A stretch of DNA of 33,457 nt, taken from NCBI GenBank assembly GCA_020425915.1, contig JAGQQZ010000613.1, forward strand, positions 1 through 33,457. The letters run 5' to 3'. The position numbers and the translations under genes are program-made. Positions 18,666 through 28,012 of the stretch are shown here, piece by piece; the first letter of the stretch is position 1, and every line of letters starts with the position of its first letter. This DNA comes from Planctomycetota bacterium. GTDB lineage: Bacteria > Planctomycetota > UBA1135 > UBA2386. Below the pieces are notes generated by a model. That model saw nothing but the letters and a program-made list of their open reading frames with translations, was not told the origin of the DNA and made no database searches.

Positions 18666-19919
18666 TCAGATGTTGTGGAACTTCAGCGACTCACGCAGGC
18701 GGGGGTCGCGTTCGGGGACGAGCGGCGTGCTGCTGGTCGTGCGCAGCGTCCAACCGAGGAACAGGAACAGCAGACCGACGAAGCTCGCGATGTGGTCGAA
18801 ACCGAACTCGAGGCCCGTGGCGCTCGCCGTGTCCTGTTGGTGGACCGGCATGATCAGGTACTGCATGTCGATCCAGTGCATGACGAGCAGGAACACGGCG
18901 CCGAAGGCGAGCATCGGGCGGTTCCGCTTGACGTGACGCGACAGCAGGAAGGCGAACGGCGCGAGGAAGTGGCCGAAGATCAGGATCGGCCCGACGTAGT
19001 CCCAGCCGTTGTGGCTGCGGTACTGGTACCAGTGCGTCTCTTCCGGCAGGTTCGCGTAGTAGATCAGCATGTACTGCGAGAAGTTCACGTAGGTCCAGAA
19101 GACCATGAACGCGAACATCAGCTTGCCGATGTCGTGGTAGTGCTCGGTGTTGACGATGTCGCCGAGGTAACCCTTGCCGCGCAGCCACATGCAGACCAGC
19201 GCGAGCACGGCGTAGAACGCCATGACCGAGCCGGCGAAGTAGGTCACGCCGAACATCGTCGAGAACCAGTGCGGGTCGATCGACATGATCCAGTCGAACG
19301 CCGCGAAGGTCGTCGTGATCGCGAACAGCAGGAGACCTGGTGCGGCGCGACGCGCGAGGCGCATCGTGATCGCCGGGTCACCGTTCTGGTCCTGAGCAAC
19401 GCTCGCGTTGCGGAAGTAGCGGGACAGCCCGATCCAGACGGCGAAGTAGAACGCCGCGCGGACGTAGAAGAAGGTCGGGTTCAGGTAGCCCGCCTTGTGC
19501 GCAACGATCTCGTCGTAGGCCGGTGAACCCGCGGGCGCGACGTGCCACCAGTGGTGGTAGAGGCTCTCCGGGCCGCCGATCGCGATCGGCAGGAACAGGA
19601 TCGCCAACACCGGGAACACGGTCGTCATGTTCTCCGCGAGGCGCCGCACCACGACGCTCCAACCGGCGCGCGTGATGTGTTGCACGAGCACGAAGAACAG
19701 CGCGCCGAGCGCGATGCTCAACGTGAACATGTAGGCGACGAGGTAGGCGAAGTAGCCACCACCGGTGCCATCGAACATCGCGAGTGCGATGCCGACGATC
19801 GTCGCGATCGCGCCGACGCCGAGGAACAGGTTCGTCGACCCGCCGAGGTCACCTTCCTTGACGCGCGTCGTGATCGTCGGCGCGTTCTGGTCGATCGGAG
19901 GAACGGTCGATGCGGTCAT
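18666..19919 (-). CDS. actF: Alternative Complex III subunit ActF (NrfD-like polytopic membrane subunit)
   Basis: 417-aa polytopic membrane protein in the canonical position after actE. TAATG overlap with the actE stop. Confidence 0.8.
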   Translation of the reverse strand: MTASTVPPIDQNAPTITTRVKEGDLGGSTNLFLGVGAIATIVGIALAMFDGTGGGYFAYLVAYMFTLSIALGALFFVLVQHITRAGWSVVVRRLAENMTTVFPVLAILFLPIAIGGPESLYHHWWHVAPAGSPAYDEIVAHKAGYLNPTFFYVRAAFYFAVWIGLSRYFRNASVAQDQNGDPAITMRLARRAAPGLLLFAITTTFAAFDWIMSIDPHWFSTMFGVTYFAGSVMAFYAVLALVCMWLRGKGYLGDIVNTEHYHDIGKLMFAFMVFWTYVNFSQYMLIYYANLPEETHWYQYRSHNGWDYVGPILIFGHFLAPFAFLLSRHVKRNRPMLAFGAVFLLVMHWIDMQYLIMPVHQQDTASATGLEFGFDHIASFVGLLFLFLGWTLRTTSSTPLVPERDPRLRESLKFHNI

Positions 19920-20497
19920 TATTCCGTGATCCTGTGTTGCAGGGCCCGCAGGTAGTGAACGATCTTCCAGCGGTCTTCGGCCGGGATCATGTGTCCGTAG
20001 GCAGGCATCGTCGCCTTGCCTTCGGTGATGGTCTTGAACAGCTCGCCGTCCTTCATCTTGCCAGCCTGCAGACGCTCCTCGGTCGCGAGGTTCGGCAGGA
20101 CCGCGTTGAACGAACCGGCTGGCGCGCGCTGCATGACGACGCCCTTGCCGCTACCGGCGCGATCGTGACACACGGCGCAGTAGATGTTGAACCGCTCCTG
20201 GCCCCGGGCGAGGTTCGCGTAGGTCGCAGCGATCGGGTTGTCGACGAAACGACCGCCCTGCTCGTAGACGCCGAGCGCACGTTGGTCGAGCGTGCCCTGC
20301 GCGATCGTCCCCGCGACCGGCATCCGCATGCCGCGCTTGTCCGTCCAGGTCGGGAAGTCGAAGTCTTCCTGCGCCTGGATGTACGGCTGGTCGTCCATGT
20401 CCGGGACGAGGTGGATCGGCGGGTGCTTCGACACGCCACCGCGACAGCTCACGAAGACCGCGAGCGCGATCACGGCGATGAGGTGCGTCACCTTCAT
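19919..20497 (-). CDS. actE: Alternative Complex III subunit ActE (monoheme cytochrome c lipoprotein)
   Basis: Signal peptide plus lipobox-like [18 protein letters not shown]. Single heme site CAVCH and a distal TMPAYG Met. The true start at 20495-20497 overlaps the actD stop (TAATG). The track ORF to 20854 is an over-extension. Confidence 0.8.
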   Translation of the reverse strand: MKVTHLIAVIALAVFVSCRGGVSKHPPIHLVPDMDDQPYIQAQEDFDFPTWTDKRGMRMPVAGTIAQGTLDQRALGVYEQGGRFVDNPIAATYANLARGQERFNIYCAVCHDRAGSGKGVVMQRAPAGSFNAVLPNLATEERLQAGKMKDGELFKTITEGKATMPAYGHMIPAEDRWKIVHYLRALQHRITE

Positions 20498-21036
20498 TAG
20501 TCGTCCTCCAGGACTTCGACGTTGGCAGCACCCAGTCCCTCGAGGAACGCCTTGGTGCCGTGTGCGTCGAACTTGGGATCCTTCGCCTCGATCGACAGGA
20601 AGAACCGGTCGTCGGTCACGCGGTGGATCGAGCTGTGCTTGAAGATCGGGTGGTGGAAGCGCGGCAGTCGATTGAGCACGAACATGCCGAACACGGCGAC
20701 GAGCGATGCGAGGAGCACCATCAACTCGAACGTGATCGGGATCGTGGCCGGCCAGGCGTACGGTGTCTTGCCCGAGACCCAGAACTCGTAGTCGACCGCG
20801 TTCGTCCACCACTGCATGCCCTGCGCGAGCAGGATGCCGGCGATGCCACCGCATACGACGAGCCAGCCGAGGTGACTCGGCCCATGCCGGAGCGCATCGT
20901 CGATCCCGTGCACGGGGAACGGCGTGTGCGCATCGACGCGGGTGTAGCCCTCGGCAGTCGTGGCCTTCGCGGCCTTGTAGATCGCGGCCGCAGAGTCGAA
21001 CTCCGCGACGACGCCAAACGTCTTGGAAGCACTCAT
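20497..21036 (-). CDS. actD: Alternative Complex III subunit ActD (DUF3341 family)
   Basis: [43 protein letters not shown] is the characteristic DUF3341/ActD N-terminus, followed by two TM helices. ATGA overlap with actC. Confidence 0.8.
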   Translation of the reverse strand: MSASKTFGVVAEFDSAAAIYKAAKATTAEGYTRVDAHTPFPVHGIDDALRHGPSHLGWLVVCGGIAGILLAQGMQWWTNAVDYEFWVSGKTPYAWPATIPITFELMVLLASLVAVFGMFVLNRLPRFHHPIFKHSSIHRVTDDRFFLSIEAKDPKFDAHGTKAFLEGLGAANVEVLEDD

Positions 21037-22457
21037 GCGTGTCCCTCCTGCGGCGTGTGGTCAGCGTGGCCGTGATGCGGATTGGCCTGGGGCATGACGC
21101 CCTTGACCTCGCTCAGCGCGATGACCGGCAGGAAGCGGCAGAACAAGAGGAAGAACGTGAAGAACAGGCCGAAGCTGCCGACATAGGTCATCACGTCGAT
21201 GATCGTCGGCGAGAAGTAGTCCCAGCTCGACGGCATGAAGTCACGGTGTAGCGAGGTGACCGTGATCACGAACCGCTCGAACCACATCCCGATGTTCACG
21301 AAGATCGAGATGATGAAGAGGACCGTGGGGTTGCGACGCAGCGCTCGGAACCAGAAGAACTGGGGCGAGATCACGTTGCACGAGATCATGATCCAGTACG
21401 CCCACCAGTAGGGTCCGAACGCGCGGTTGATGAACGCGAAGCCCTCGTACTCCGAGCCGCTGTACCACGCGATGAAGAACTCCATCCCGTACGCGTAGCC
21501 GACCAGGGTGCCGGTCAGCAGCAGGATCTTCGCGATGTTGTCGAGGTGGTTGAGCGTGATCAGGTGGTGCAAGTTGAGCCACTTGCGCGCCGGGATCATC
21601 AGCGTCAACACCATGCCGAAGCCGGAGAAGATCGCCCCCGCGACGAAGTACGGCGGGAAGATCGTCGTGTGCCAGCCGGGCAGGTTCGACACCGCGAAGT
21701 CGAAGGACACGATCGAGTGCACCGACAGCACGAGCGGCGTGCTCAGACCGGCGAGGATCAGGTAGGCCTTCTCGTAGTTGATCCAGTGGCGGTTGCTGCC
21801 GTGCCAGCCGAACGCGAACACGCCGTAGACGTGCGACGCGATCTTGCGACCGGCCTTCCACGCGCGGTCACGGAAGGTCGCGATGTCGGGGATCAGACCG
21901 ACGTACCAGAACAGCAGCGACACCGTGAAGTAGGTGCTGACCGCGAACACGTCCCAGAGCAGCGGCGACTTGAAGTTCGGCCACAGCGACATCTGGTTCG
22001 GGATCGGGAACACCCAGTAGATGACCCAGATGCGACCGACGTGGATCGCCGGGAAGATGCCCGCGGCCATGACCGCGAAGATCGTCATCGCCTCGGACGC
22101 GCGGTTGATCGACGTCCGCCACTTCTGCCGGAACAGGAAGAGGATCGCCGAGATGAGCGTTCCCGCGTGTCCGATACCGATCCAGAACACGAAGTTGACG
22201 ATCGGCCAACCCCAGCCGGCGGGGTTGTTGTTGCCCCAGACGCCGATACCGGTCCAGACCAGGTAGCCGATCATCGCGAACAGGTTCAGCATCACGAGGA
22301 CGCTGACCCCGAACATCAGATACCAGCCCTTGGGGGTCTTCGACTCGGCGACCTTGGCGACGATGTTCGTCACCGCGGTGAAGTCGTGACCGCCTTCGAC
22401 GAGCGGTGCGCGTTCGAGCGGGTTCTCCGGCTCGTCCACTACGTGGATCGTCGTCAT
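21033..22457 (-). CDS. actC: Alternative Complex III subunit ActC (NrfD/PsrC-like quinol-interacting membrane subunit)
   Basis: 474 aa with about 10 TM helices. NrfD-like layout, positioned directly after actB with a 1-nt gap. Confidence 0.85.
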   Translation of the reverse strand: MTTIHVVDEPENPLERAPLVEGGHDFTAVTNIVAKVAESKTPKGWYLMFGVSVLVMLNLFAMIGYLVWTGIGVWGNNNPAGWGWPIVNFVFWIGIGHAGTLISAILFLFRQKWRTSINRASEAMTIFAVMAAGIFPAIHVGRIWVIYWVFPIPNQMSLWPNFKSPLLWDVFAVSTYFTVSLLFWYVGLIPDIATFRDRAWKAGRKIASHVYGVFAFGWHGSNRHWINYEKAYLILAGLSTPLVLSVHSIVSFDFAVSNLPGWHTTIFPPYFVAGAIFSGFGMVLTLMIPARKWLNLHHLITLNHLDNIAKILLLTGTLVGYAYGMEFFIAWYSGSEYEGFAFINRAFGPYWWAYWIMISCNVISPQFFWFRALRRNPTVLFIISIFVNIGMWFERFVITVTSLHRDFMPSSWDYFSPTIIDVMTYVGSFGLFFTFFLLFCRFLPVIALSEVKGVMPQANPHHGHADHTPQEGHA

Positions 22458-22458
22458 C

Positions 22459-25400
22459 TCAGACCAGCTCCGGGTTCGGGTTGTTGACCTTCGCGAGGTA
22501 GGTGGTTCGCGGCTTGAGATTCATCTCGGACAGCATCGCGTAGTTGAGCGGGGACGCGCGCAGCTTCGAGACGACCGTGTCCTGGTCGGCGATGTTGCCG
22601 AACGTGATCGCATCGGCCGGGCAGCCCTGCGCACACGCCGGAACGACCTCGCCATCGCGGATCGCACGGTCTTCGAGCTTCGCGGTGATCTTCGCCGCGC
22701 TGATCCGTTGCACGCAGTAGGTGCACTTCTCCATGACGCCTCGCGCACGGACGGTGACGTTCGGGTTGAACGCCATCTTCTCGGTCTGCTTGGTGTCGAG
22801 GTGGTTGTTGAACCAGTTGAAGCGACGGACCTTGTACGGGCAGTTGTTCGCGCAGTAGCGCGTGCCGATGCAGCGGTTGTAGGCCATGTCGTTGAGGCCT
22901 TCCGGACTGTGCATCGTCGCCGCGACGGGGCAGACCGACTCGCAAGAAGCGTTCTCGCACTGCATGCACGGCACCGGCTGCACGACCATGCCCGGGTCGT
23001 CGTCCTGCATCGGGTTGCCGTGGGCGGCCTCGCTGCTGAAGTAGCGGTCCATCCGCAGCCAGAACATCTCGCGACCGTTGCCGACCTCGGCCTTGCCGAC
23101 CATCGAGATGTTGTTCTCGCTCGTGCAGGCCACCACGCACGCGTTGCAGCCCGTGCAGGAGTTCAGGTCGATGACCATCCCCCACTGGTAGTGGCCCGGC
23201 TGGTTGCGGTGCAGGCGCTGGCCGTTGGCGTCACGACCGCTGTAGTCGCGCTCCTTCCACAACGACTTGAGGAACGATCGCTCGGTGTACTTCTCGTGCT
23301 CGCCGTGCGCGTGGTCGTGATCCCCGCCCTCCTCGTGGGAGTGGTCGTGAGCGTCACCGTGTTCGGCGTGCGCGTTCTTCACCGCGGCGGCCTTCGCCAG
23401 CGGCGACATGTCGGGAGCGAACGTCGGGGCCTCGCGGAACTCGGCGAGGGTTCCCTCGCGGTACAGCGGACGCCCCTCCATCGACCCGTGATCCTGCGAG
23501 GACACGAGCTCGTAGCTCTTCGAGGTCTTCGCGACCTTCACGCCTGCGGCCGAGAACCGGGTCGTCGAGGAACGCAACGGATAGGCGTCGAAGCCCGCGT
23601 GCTTGCAGACCTCACCGTGCGCGATCTTCCGACCCTGGCCGAGGGTCACGGTCACGACGTGGTCAGCGTGCCCGGGGACGATCCAGACCGGGCCCTCGAC
23701 CGTGCGCCCGTCGACCGTGATCGCGACGACGTTCGCGCCAGCGGTCATGTTCGGGCCACTGACGATCCCGGTCTCCGCGTGCACCTTCAGACCGAGGTCT
23801 TCCGCGGTCTTGCGGTTCATGCAGACGGCGTTGTCCCAAGTCAGCTTGGTGACCGGATCGGGCAGCTCCTGGAGCCACGCGTTGTTCGCGTAGCGACCGT
23901 CGAACACGGTCGCGTCCGGACGAATCTCGAGCTCGATCGCGCTCGCCGTCGGCTTGCCGGGTGCGACCCAGTTCTGCACGAGCGCACCGACGCGGCCCGG
24001 GTTGAGCGTGACCGATTCGGCGGTCGGCGCCGACCCGTGGATCAGGCCATCATGGAGGGCCTTGTTCCACCAGGCGTCGAAGTCGTCGGTGCGCGCCTGG
24101 TCCTGCCAGGTCTCGCGGACCAGTTCGTAGCCATCCTTGACCTCGCTGCCGGCGAGTCGGGCGACGATCTCGATCGTCGACAGGCCATGGTAGAGCGGCG
24201 CGATCAGCGGCTGCTGGATGCTGACCGTCCCGTCGCGGCTGACGGTGTCGCCCCACGCCTCGAGCTCGTGCGCGAGGTTCGCGTGCCACTCACTCGCCAT
24301 CGCGGTCTCGTCGACGTGCTCGCCGACGTGCACGGTGTGCTCGGCCTTGTGCCACGCCTCGGCGAGTCCGAGGTCCGCCGGTGCGTCGTGCACCGGGTTG
24401 ACCCCGATCGCGACGACCGTGTCGACCGACCCCGCGTTCAACGCGTCGGCCAGCGACTTGATCGAGTTCGTGGTCGCCACGCCCTCGGGCAGCTTGGCGA
24501 ACGACAACGTCTTGCCGACGTTGCCGAGGTGGTGGTTGATCGCCTGCGCGACGGCGTGCGCGGCCGCCGGCTGGCGCGGACCGACGAGCACCGCCGACTT
24601 GCCGCGGTTCTGCTTCAGGTCGTTGGCGAGCGGGACGACCCAGTCGGCCTTCTTGCGGTACGGGAACTTCTTGTCCTTGTGGACCGCGAGTGCGGTCGCC
24701 ATCGCCGAACCACCGACACCGAGTTCGGCCGCGAGCGCGAACAGTGCTTCGGTCGTGCGACCAGGAGCGGTGCGGAAACGGTGATCGGCGCTGCCACCGG
24801 TCACCGAGTAGCTCGACTCGGCGACGTAGAGGCGCGAGACCGACTGCGACGGATCGCTGATCTTGCGCGACTTGGCGTAGAGCTTGGTGTTGCGGACGAC
24901 GTCGCCGTCGGTGCCGAGGAAATCGTGGTCGAACGAGGCGATCACGCTGCACTTGTCGAGCGCCCAGATCGGCTCGACCTGCTTGCCGTACGCCTGGCCG
25001 AGACCTTCGATTGCGTTCTCGTCGCTGATCGGCGCATAGCGGTGCACGACGGCGCTCGGCATGGCCTTCTTCAGAGCGGCGACCATCCGCGCGAGCGTCG
25101 GTGAAGACGACGAAGGCAGCACGACGTGCAGGCCCTGCCCCTTCGCCGCGGCGAGCGCGGTGCGACGCCCGCTCAGGAACGCTTCGAACTCGGCGTGGTG
25201 ATCGACGGCGGCGGTCTCGCCGCCGCCGTGACCGTGCCCGTCGTCCTCGGCGTGATCGTGGCCGTGGGTCGCGCCCGGCTGGAACGGGTTCTGCGACCGG
25301 GCCGGGTCGTACAGGTTCAGCAGCTCACCCTGCAACCATGCGGTCGTGCCGCCGAGGCTGCCCGGATGGATCGGGTTGCCCTCGACCTTCGTCGGGCGAC

Positions 25401-25752
25401 CGTCGTTGCTGCGGACCAGCAGACCGACACCGAAACCACCCGACGTCAGCGCCGTCGCGTAGTGCTGCGGCACACCCGGGATCAGGAACTCGGGGCGGTG
25501 CGTGAACGGCAGGATCTTCTGGAACGGCTTGCGGCAACTCGTGAAGCTCGCCGCCGCGACGGACGCCGCGACCGCGGTCAGGAAGTTGCGGCGCGAGACT
25601 CCGTCCTTGAAGTGGTGACCTTCCGCGACGCCTTCCGGGAACTCGCGCTCGACGAGCTCGCGGAACTCGGACGTGTCGGACAGCTGCGACGCGCTGCGCC
25701 AGTACACCGGCTCGGAACGGGATTCGAGGTTCGTCGTGCTCATCGGTGGCAT
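22459..25752 (-). CDS. actB: Alternative Complex III subunit ActB (fused molybdopterin-oxidoreductase-like B1 domain + 4-cluster Fe-S B2 domain, TAT-variant signal)
   Basis: Twin-arginine motif SRRNFLTAV (nt 25576-25596) after a long N-terminal region. A large MopB-like domain is followed by ferredoxin-type Cys clusters [37 protein letters not shown] and CAQGCP. An alternative ATG at 25741-25743 would give an ATGA overlap with the actA stop. Confidence 0.9.
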   Translation of the reverse strand: MPPMSTTNLESRSEPVYWRSASQLSDTSEFRELVEREFPEGVAEGHHFKDGVSRRNFLTAVAASVAAASFTSCRKPFQKILPFTHRPEFLIPGVPQHYATALTSGGFGVGLLVRSNDGRPTKVEGNPIHPGSLGGTTAWLQGELLNLYDPARSQNPFQPGATHGHDHAEDDGHGHGGGETAAVDHHAEFEAFLSGRRTALAAAKGQGLHVVLPSSSSPTLARMVAALKKAMPSAVVHRYAPISDENAIEGLGQAYGKQVEPIWALDKCSVIASFDHDFLGTDGDVVRNTKLYAKSRKISDPSQSVSRLYVAESSYSVTGGSADHRFRTAPGRTTEALFALAAELGVGGSAMATALAVHKDKKFPYRKKADWVVPLANDLKQNRGKSAVLVGPRQPAAAHAVAQAINHHLGNVGKTLSFAKLPEGVATTNSIKSLADALNAGSVDTVVAIGVNPVHDAPADLGLAEAWHKAEHTVHVGEHVDETAMASEWHANLAHELEAWGDTVSRDGTVSIQQPLIAPLYHGLSTIEIVARLAGSEVKDGYELVRETWQDQARTDDFDAWWNKALHDGLIHGSAPTAESVTLNPGRVGALVQNWVAPGKPTASAIELEIRPDATVFDGRYANNAWLQELPDPVTKLTWDNAVCMNRKTAEDLGLKVHAETGIVSGPNMTAGANVVAITVDGRTVEGPVWIVPGHADHVVTVTLGQGRKIAHGEVCKHAGFDAYPLRSSTTRFSAAGVKVAKTSKSYELVSSQDHGSMEGRPLYREGTLAEFREAPTFAPDMSPLAKAAAVKNAHAEHGDAHDHSHEEGGDHDHAHGEHEKYTERSFLKSLWKERDYSGRDANGQRLHRNQPGHYQWGMVIDLNSCTGCNACVVACTSENNISMVGKAEVGNGREMFWLRMDRYFSSEAAHGNPMQDDDPGMVVQPVPCMQCENASCESVCPVAATMHSPEGLNDMAYNRCIGTRYCANNCPYKVRRFNWFNNHLDTKQTEKMAFNPNVTVRARGVMEKCTYCVQRISAAKITAKLEDRAIRDGEVVPACAQGCPADAITFGNIADQDTVVSKLRASPLNYAMLSEMNLKPRTTYLAKVNNPNPELV

Positions 25753-26378
25753 GCGGAGCAGTGTTCGGGCGGGTGGAGGTTGCGCTCGGACAGGAACGAC
25801 TCACCCTGCTTCGGGTCCGGGACGAAGTTCATGTCGGTGACCTTGTCGAGCGGGCGCAGGTGGTTCTCCGGCTCGCGGTGACACTCGAGGCACCAACCCA
25901 TGCTGAGCGGCTCGACCTGGCGGACGACTTCCTGCTGGTCGATGCGGCCGTGACAGCTCGCGCAGCCGACCCCGGCATGGACGTGCACCGAGTGATCGAA
26001 GTAGGCGTAGTCCGGCAGCATGTGGACCTTGACCCACTGCACCGGCTCACCCGAGGTGTGCGCCGCGTGGAGCTTCTTGATCTCCGGACGATCCGTGAGA
26101 ACCGTCTTGTGACAGTTCATGCAGGTCTCGGTCGTCGGGATCGTCGCCCGCGGGCCGCGCTCCACGTTCTGGTGGCAGTAGCGGCAGTCCATCCCCATGA
26201 CTCCGGCGTGCAGCTTGTGGCTGTACTGCACGGGTTGCACCGGCGCGTAGCCCACGTCGGTGTTCTTCGGGGAGAACCAGTACCAGACGACGAACGTCAC
26301 GAACGCCCCGGCGAAAGCCGCCGCTCCGGCGACGAGCGTGGGGATCTTGTTCGTCCACTTGGGGAAGATGACGGTCAA
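25740..26378 (-). CDS. actA: Alternative Complex III subunit ActA (membrane-anchored pentaheme cytochrome c)
   Basis: Five CxxCH sites (CRYCH, CMNCH, CASCH, CLECH, CSACH) after one N-terminal TM helix. The only in-frame start before the helix is TTG at 26376-26378, with GGGAGAGG 7 nt upstream. Confidence 0.85.
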   Translation of the reverse strand: MTVIFPKWTNKIPTLVAGAAAFAGAFVTFVVWYWFSPKNTDVGYAPVQPVQYSHKLHAGVMGMDCRYCHQNVERGPRATIPTTETCMNCHKTVLTDRPEIKKLHAAHTSGEPVQWVKVHMLPDYAYFDHSVHVHAGVGCASCHGRIDQQEVVRQVEPLSMGWCLECHREPENHLRPLDKVTDMNFVPDPKQGESFLSERNLHPPEHCSACHR

Positions 26379-26519
26379 ACTCGAACCTCTCCCACGGCGT
26401 TCAGGGTCACGAACACCGAGTGCAAGGGTGTCAGGCCGTCACGGAGCCCCGCGACGACGGGCATGGATCGATCCGAACAGCCAGGGCGGGCTGCTCGAGA
26501 TGGAGCAAAGGGATGCAGA

Positions 26520-26560
26520 GAAACGCGATGGAACGGCCCGCTGGGAGGCCGAAACGCGAT
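26520..26560. repeat. Perfect 10-nt direct repeat GAAACGCGAT x2 (starts 31 nt apart) in the act operon upstream region
   Basis: GAAACGCGAT at 26520-26529 and again at 26551-26560, read directly from the sequence. It lies 140-180 nt upstream of the actA start. Confidence 0.6.
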
Positions 26561-26562
26561 CC

Positions 26563-26591
26563 TGTGTAAAAGAACGACCTGCGCCTTTCAA
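26563..26591 (-). promoter_or_regulatory. Weak candidate sigma-70-type promoter for the act-cox operon
   Basis: On the minus strand, TTGAAA (26586-26591), a 17-nt spacer, then TACACA (26563-26568), in the lowest-GC patch of the 250-nt intergenic region. The -10 match is poor, so this is speculative. Confidence 0.2.
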
Positions 26592-26628
26592 TTTCAGTCG
26601 AACCAGAATCTTTGGCGCGCGCGCCGCC

Positions 26629-27762
26629 TCATCCGTCGCCCAACAACCGGCGGCAGAACGCGGTGATTGCAGGCGATGCGAGCGCGTGCGCGGTGGCGTT
26701 GCCGTGCAGGTCGGCGGGGTGGACCCACAGCGAGGAGTCGTCGTGGCCCTCGAGGGACGGCAGCACGTCGAGGAACGAGATGTCGGCGCCGACACAGAAC
26801 TCGGCGACCCGCTCGTGCATCGAACGGAACGGGTAGTACTCGCCCGTTCCCAACCCCTGGAAGTACGGCCAGAGAACGACCCCGAGCTTGATCTGGCGGG
26901 ACTCACACCAAATTCGCATTTCAGTCAACGCGCGCTGCGGGCCACCACCGGCCCACATCTGCGGGTATCCGACCCCGGTCCCGGCGAGCCAGGGAATCAA
27001 ACCGTAGACCTCCGGCGGCCACGTCAGGATCTCCGCCACCGGATCCGAACCAGGATCCCAACGCAACGTCGACGCCATGACGTAACGCGATGCCAGGTCG
27101 CGGATTATGTGAGAGGCGCCAACCCATCTCGGCGGTGTCTTGCGATGGGACAGATTGTCCGTGGTCGGGATCAGGTCATTGAGACAGAGCGTGACGAGTA
27201 CCACGTCCGGCTCGAACTCGCAGAACTTCGCGCGGAGCGACGTCCAGTACTCATCCACGAACAGCGTCCCCGACGCGCCGCAGTTGACGGTTCGGATCCG
27301 GTCGTCGTCCTTCCGCAGCTCCCGTTCGACCCGACGCACCCATGCGTCCTCGATCTTGACTCCCCACCCGAACGTGAACGAGTCGCCGAGGCAGACGATC
27401 CGCCGGGATCCCGCGGGCTTCGGATCGCACACCTCTTCGCGGTCCCGGATCTGGCAGCGGTTGATCCGGTACTCCACGCACCCGTACGCGTCGAAGTACT
27501 CGGGATCCGTGTTCGGTTCGTAGCAGATGTAGAAGTGCGCGCCGGCCTTCCAACGCGACCGCAGCCTCCCCTCGGGCACGAACGGGTTGGCTTCGACGAA
27601 GCCGACGCCGCGGAGCGGATCGACCGGACGACGGTCGGCGTCGAGGTAGAACACGCGCGCCGGCGCCGGCTCGAACCATGCCCGATAAGCGAACTCGGCC
27701 CCGAACGCCGACGCACAGACGCTGGCAGCCGCGATGCCGAGTCCAAGCGCGATTCGCCTCAT
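26629..27762 (-). CDS. Secreted SGNH/GDSL-family hydrolase (esterase/acylhydrolase)
   Basis: Signal peptide MRRIALGLGIAAASVCASAFG. Block I IVCLGDSFTFGWG (catalytic Ser), block II NCGASG and block III LCLNDL. The C-terminal His region HPADLHGN is a less canonical block V. Confidence 0.7.
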   Translation of the reverse strand: MRRIALGLGIAAASVCASAFGAEFAYRAWFEPAPARVFYLDADRRPVDPLRGVGFVEANPFVPEGRLRSRWKAGAHFYICYEPNTDPEYFDAYGCVEYRINRCQIRDREEVCDPKPAGSRRIVCLGDSFTFGWGVKIEDAWVRRVERELRKDDDRIRTVNCGASGTLFVDEYWTSLRAKFCEFEPDVVLVTLCLNDLIPTTDNLSHRKTPPRWVGASHIIRDLASRYVMASTLRWDPGSDPVAEILTWPPEVYGLIPWLAGTGVGYPQMWAGGGPQRALTEMRIWCESRQIKLGVVLWPYFQGLGTGEYYPFRSMHERVAEFCVGADISFLDVLPSLEGHDDSSLWVHPADLHGNATAHALASPAITAFCRRLLGDG

Positions 27763-28012
27763 GGTTCGCTACACTCGCGCGGAAAAAGGCCCGAAAGACA
27801 CCATGAGTGCCCCCCGGAACGCGGTCCTGCCTAGGTCCCATGGTGACGGCAGGTCCCGGACCCCGTTGATCCCCGTGACCTGCTGCGGATAGGTTCTCGC
27901 GCCCCCGGAGGCACTCCCACGCCCAACGTGCGCGGTGCTACGTTGTCCGGGCACCCGCCTCTCGAAATCACCAGCGGCTCCGAGCGGCCGCGGGGATCCA
28001 GCCACCTGTTTC

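Noticed and set aside
22708-25104. 798-aa plus-strand ORF
   Set aside because: It is antisense to actB, which has a TAT motif and ferredoxin Cys clusters in the opposite frame. Its Arg/Val/Asp-rich junk composition marks it as a high-GC artefact.
22459-25752. ActB as a catalytic molybdoenzyme (formate dehydrogenase / polysulfide or tetrathionate reductase)
   Set aside because: The flanking pentaheme ActA, DUF3341 ActD, monoheme ActE and second NrfD-like ActF define the ACIII architecture. In that complex the MopB-like domain is known to lack the cofactor. No Mo-cofactor insertion chaperone or substrate-specific partner is present.
26614-26625. Alternating G/C palindromes at gene ends (GGCGCGCGCGCC at 26614-26625 after the SGNH gene; CCGCGCGCGG at 7347-7356 between the convergent pntB and XRE stops)
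   Set aside because: They are too short to form hairpins with a viable loop and have no U-tract. They are compatible with simple high-GC sequence bias. I saw no REP-like repeated element elsewhere in the window.
27826-27900. Faint resemblance to a guanidine-I (ykkC) riboswitch upstream of the carbamoyltransferase (CTAGGTCCC..., GGTCCCGGAC, CCCCGGAGG versus consensus CUAGGGUUCCG, GGUCCGAGAG, CCCGGGAG)
   Set aside because: The most conserved blocks do not match exactly, and spacing and pairing cannot be reconciled by eye. An Infernal scan with RF00442 would settle it, and I expect no hit.
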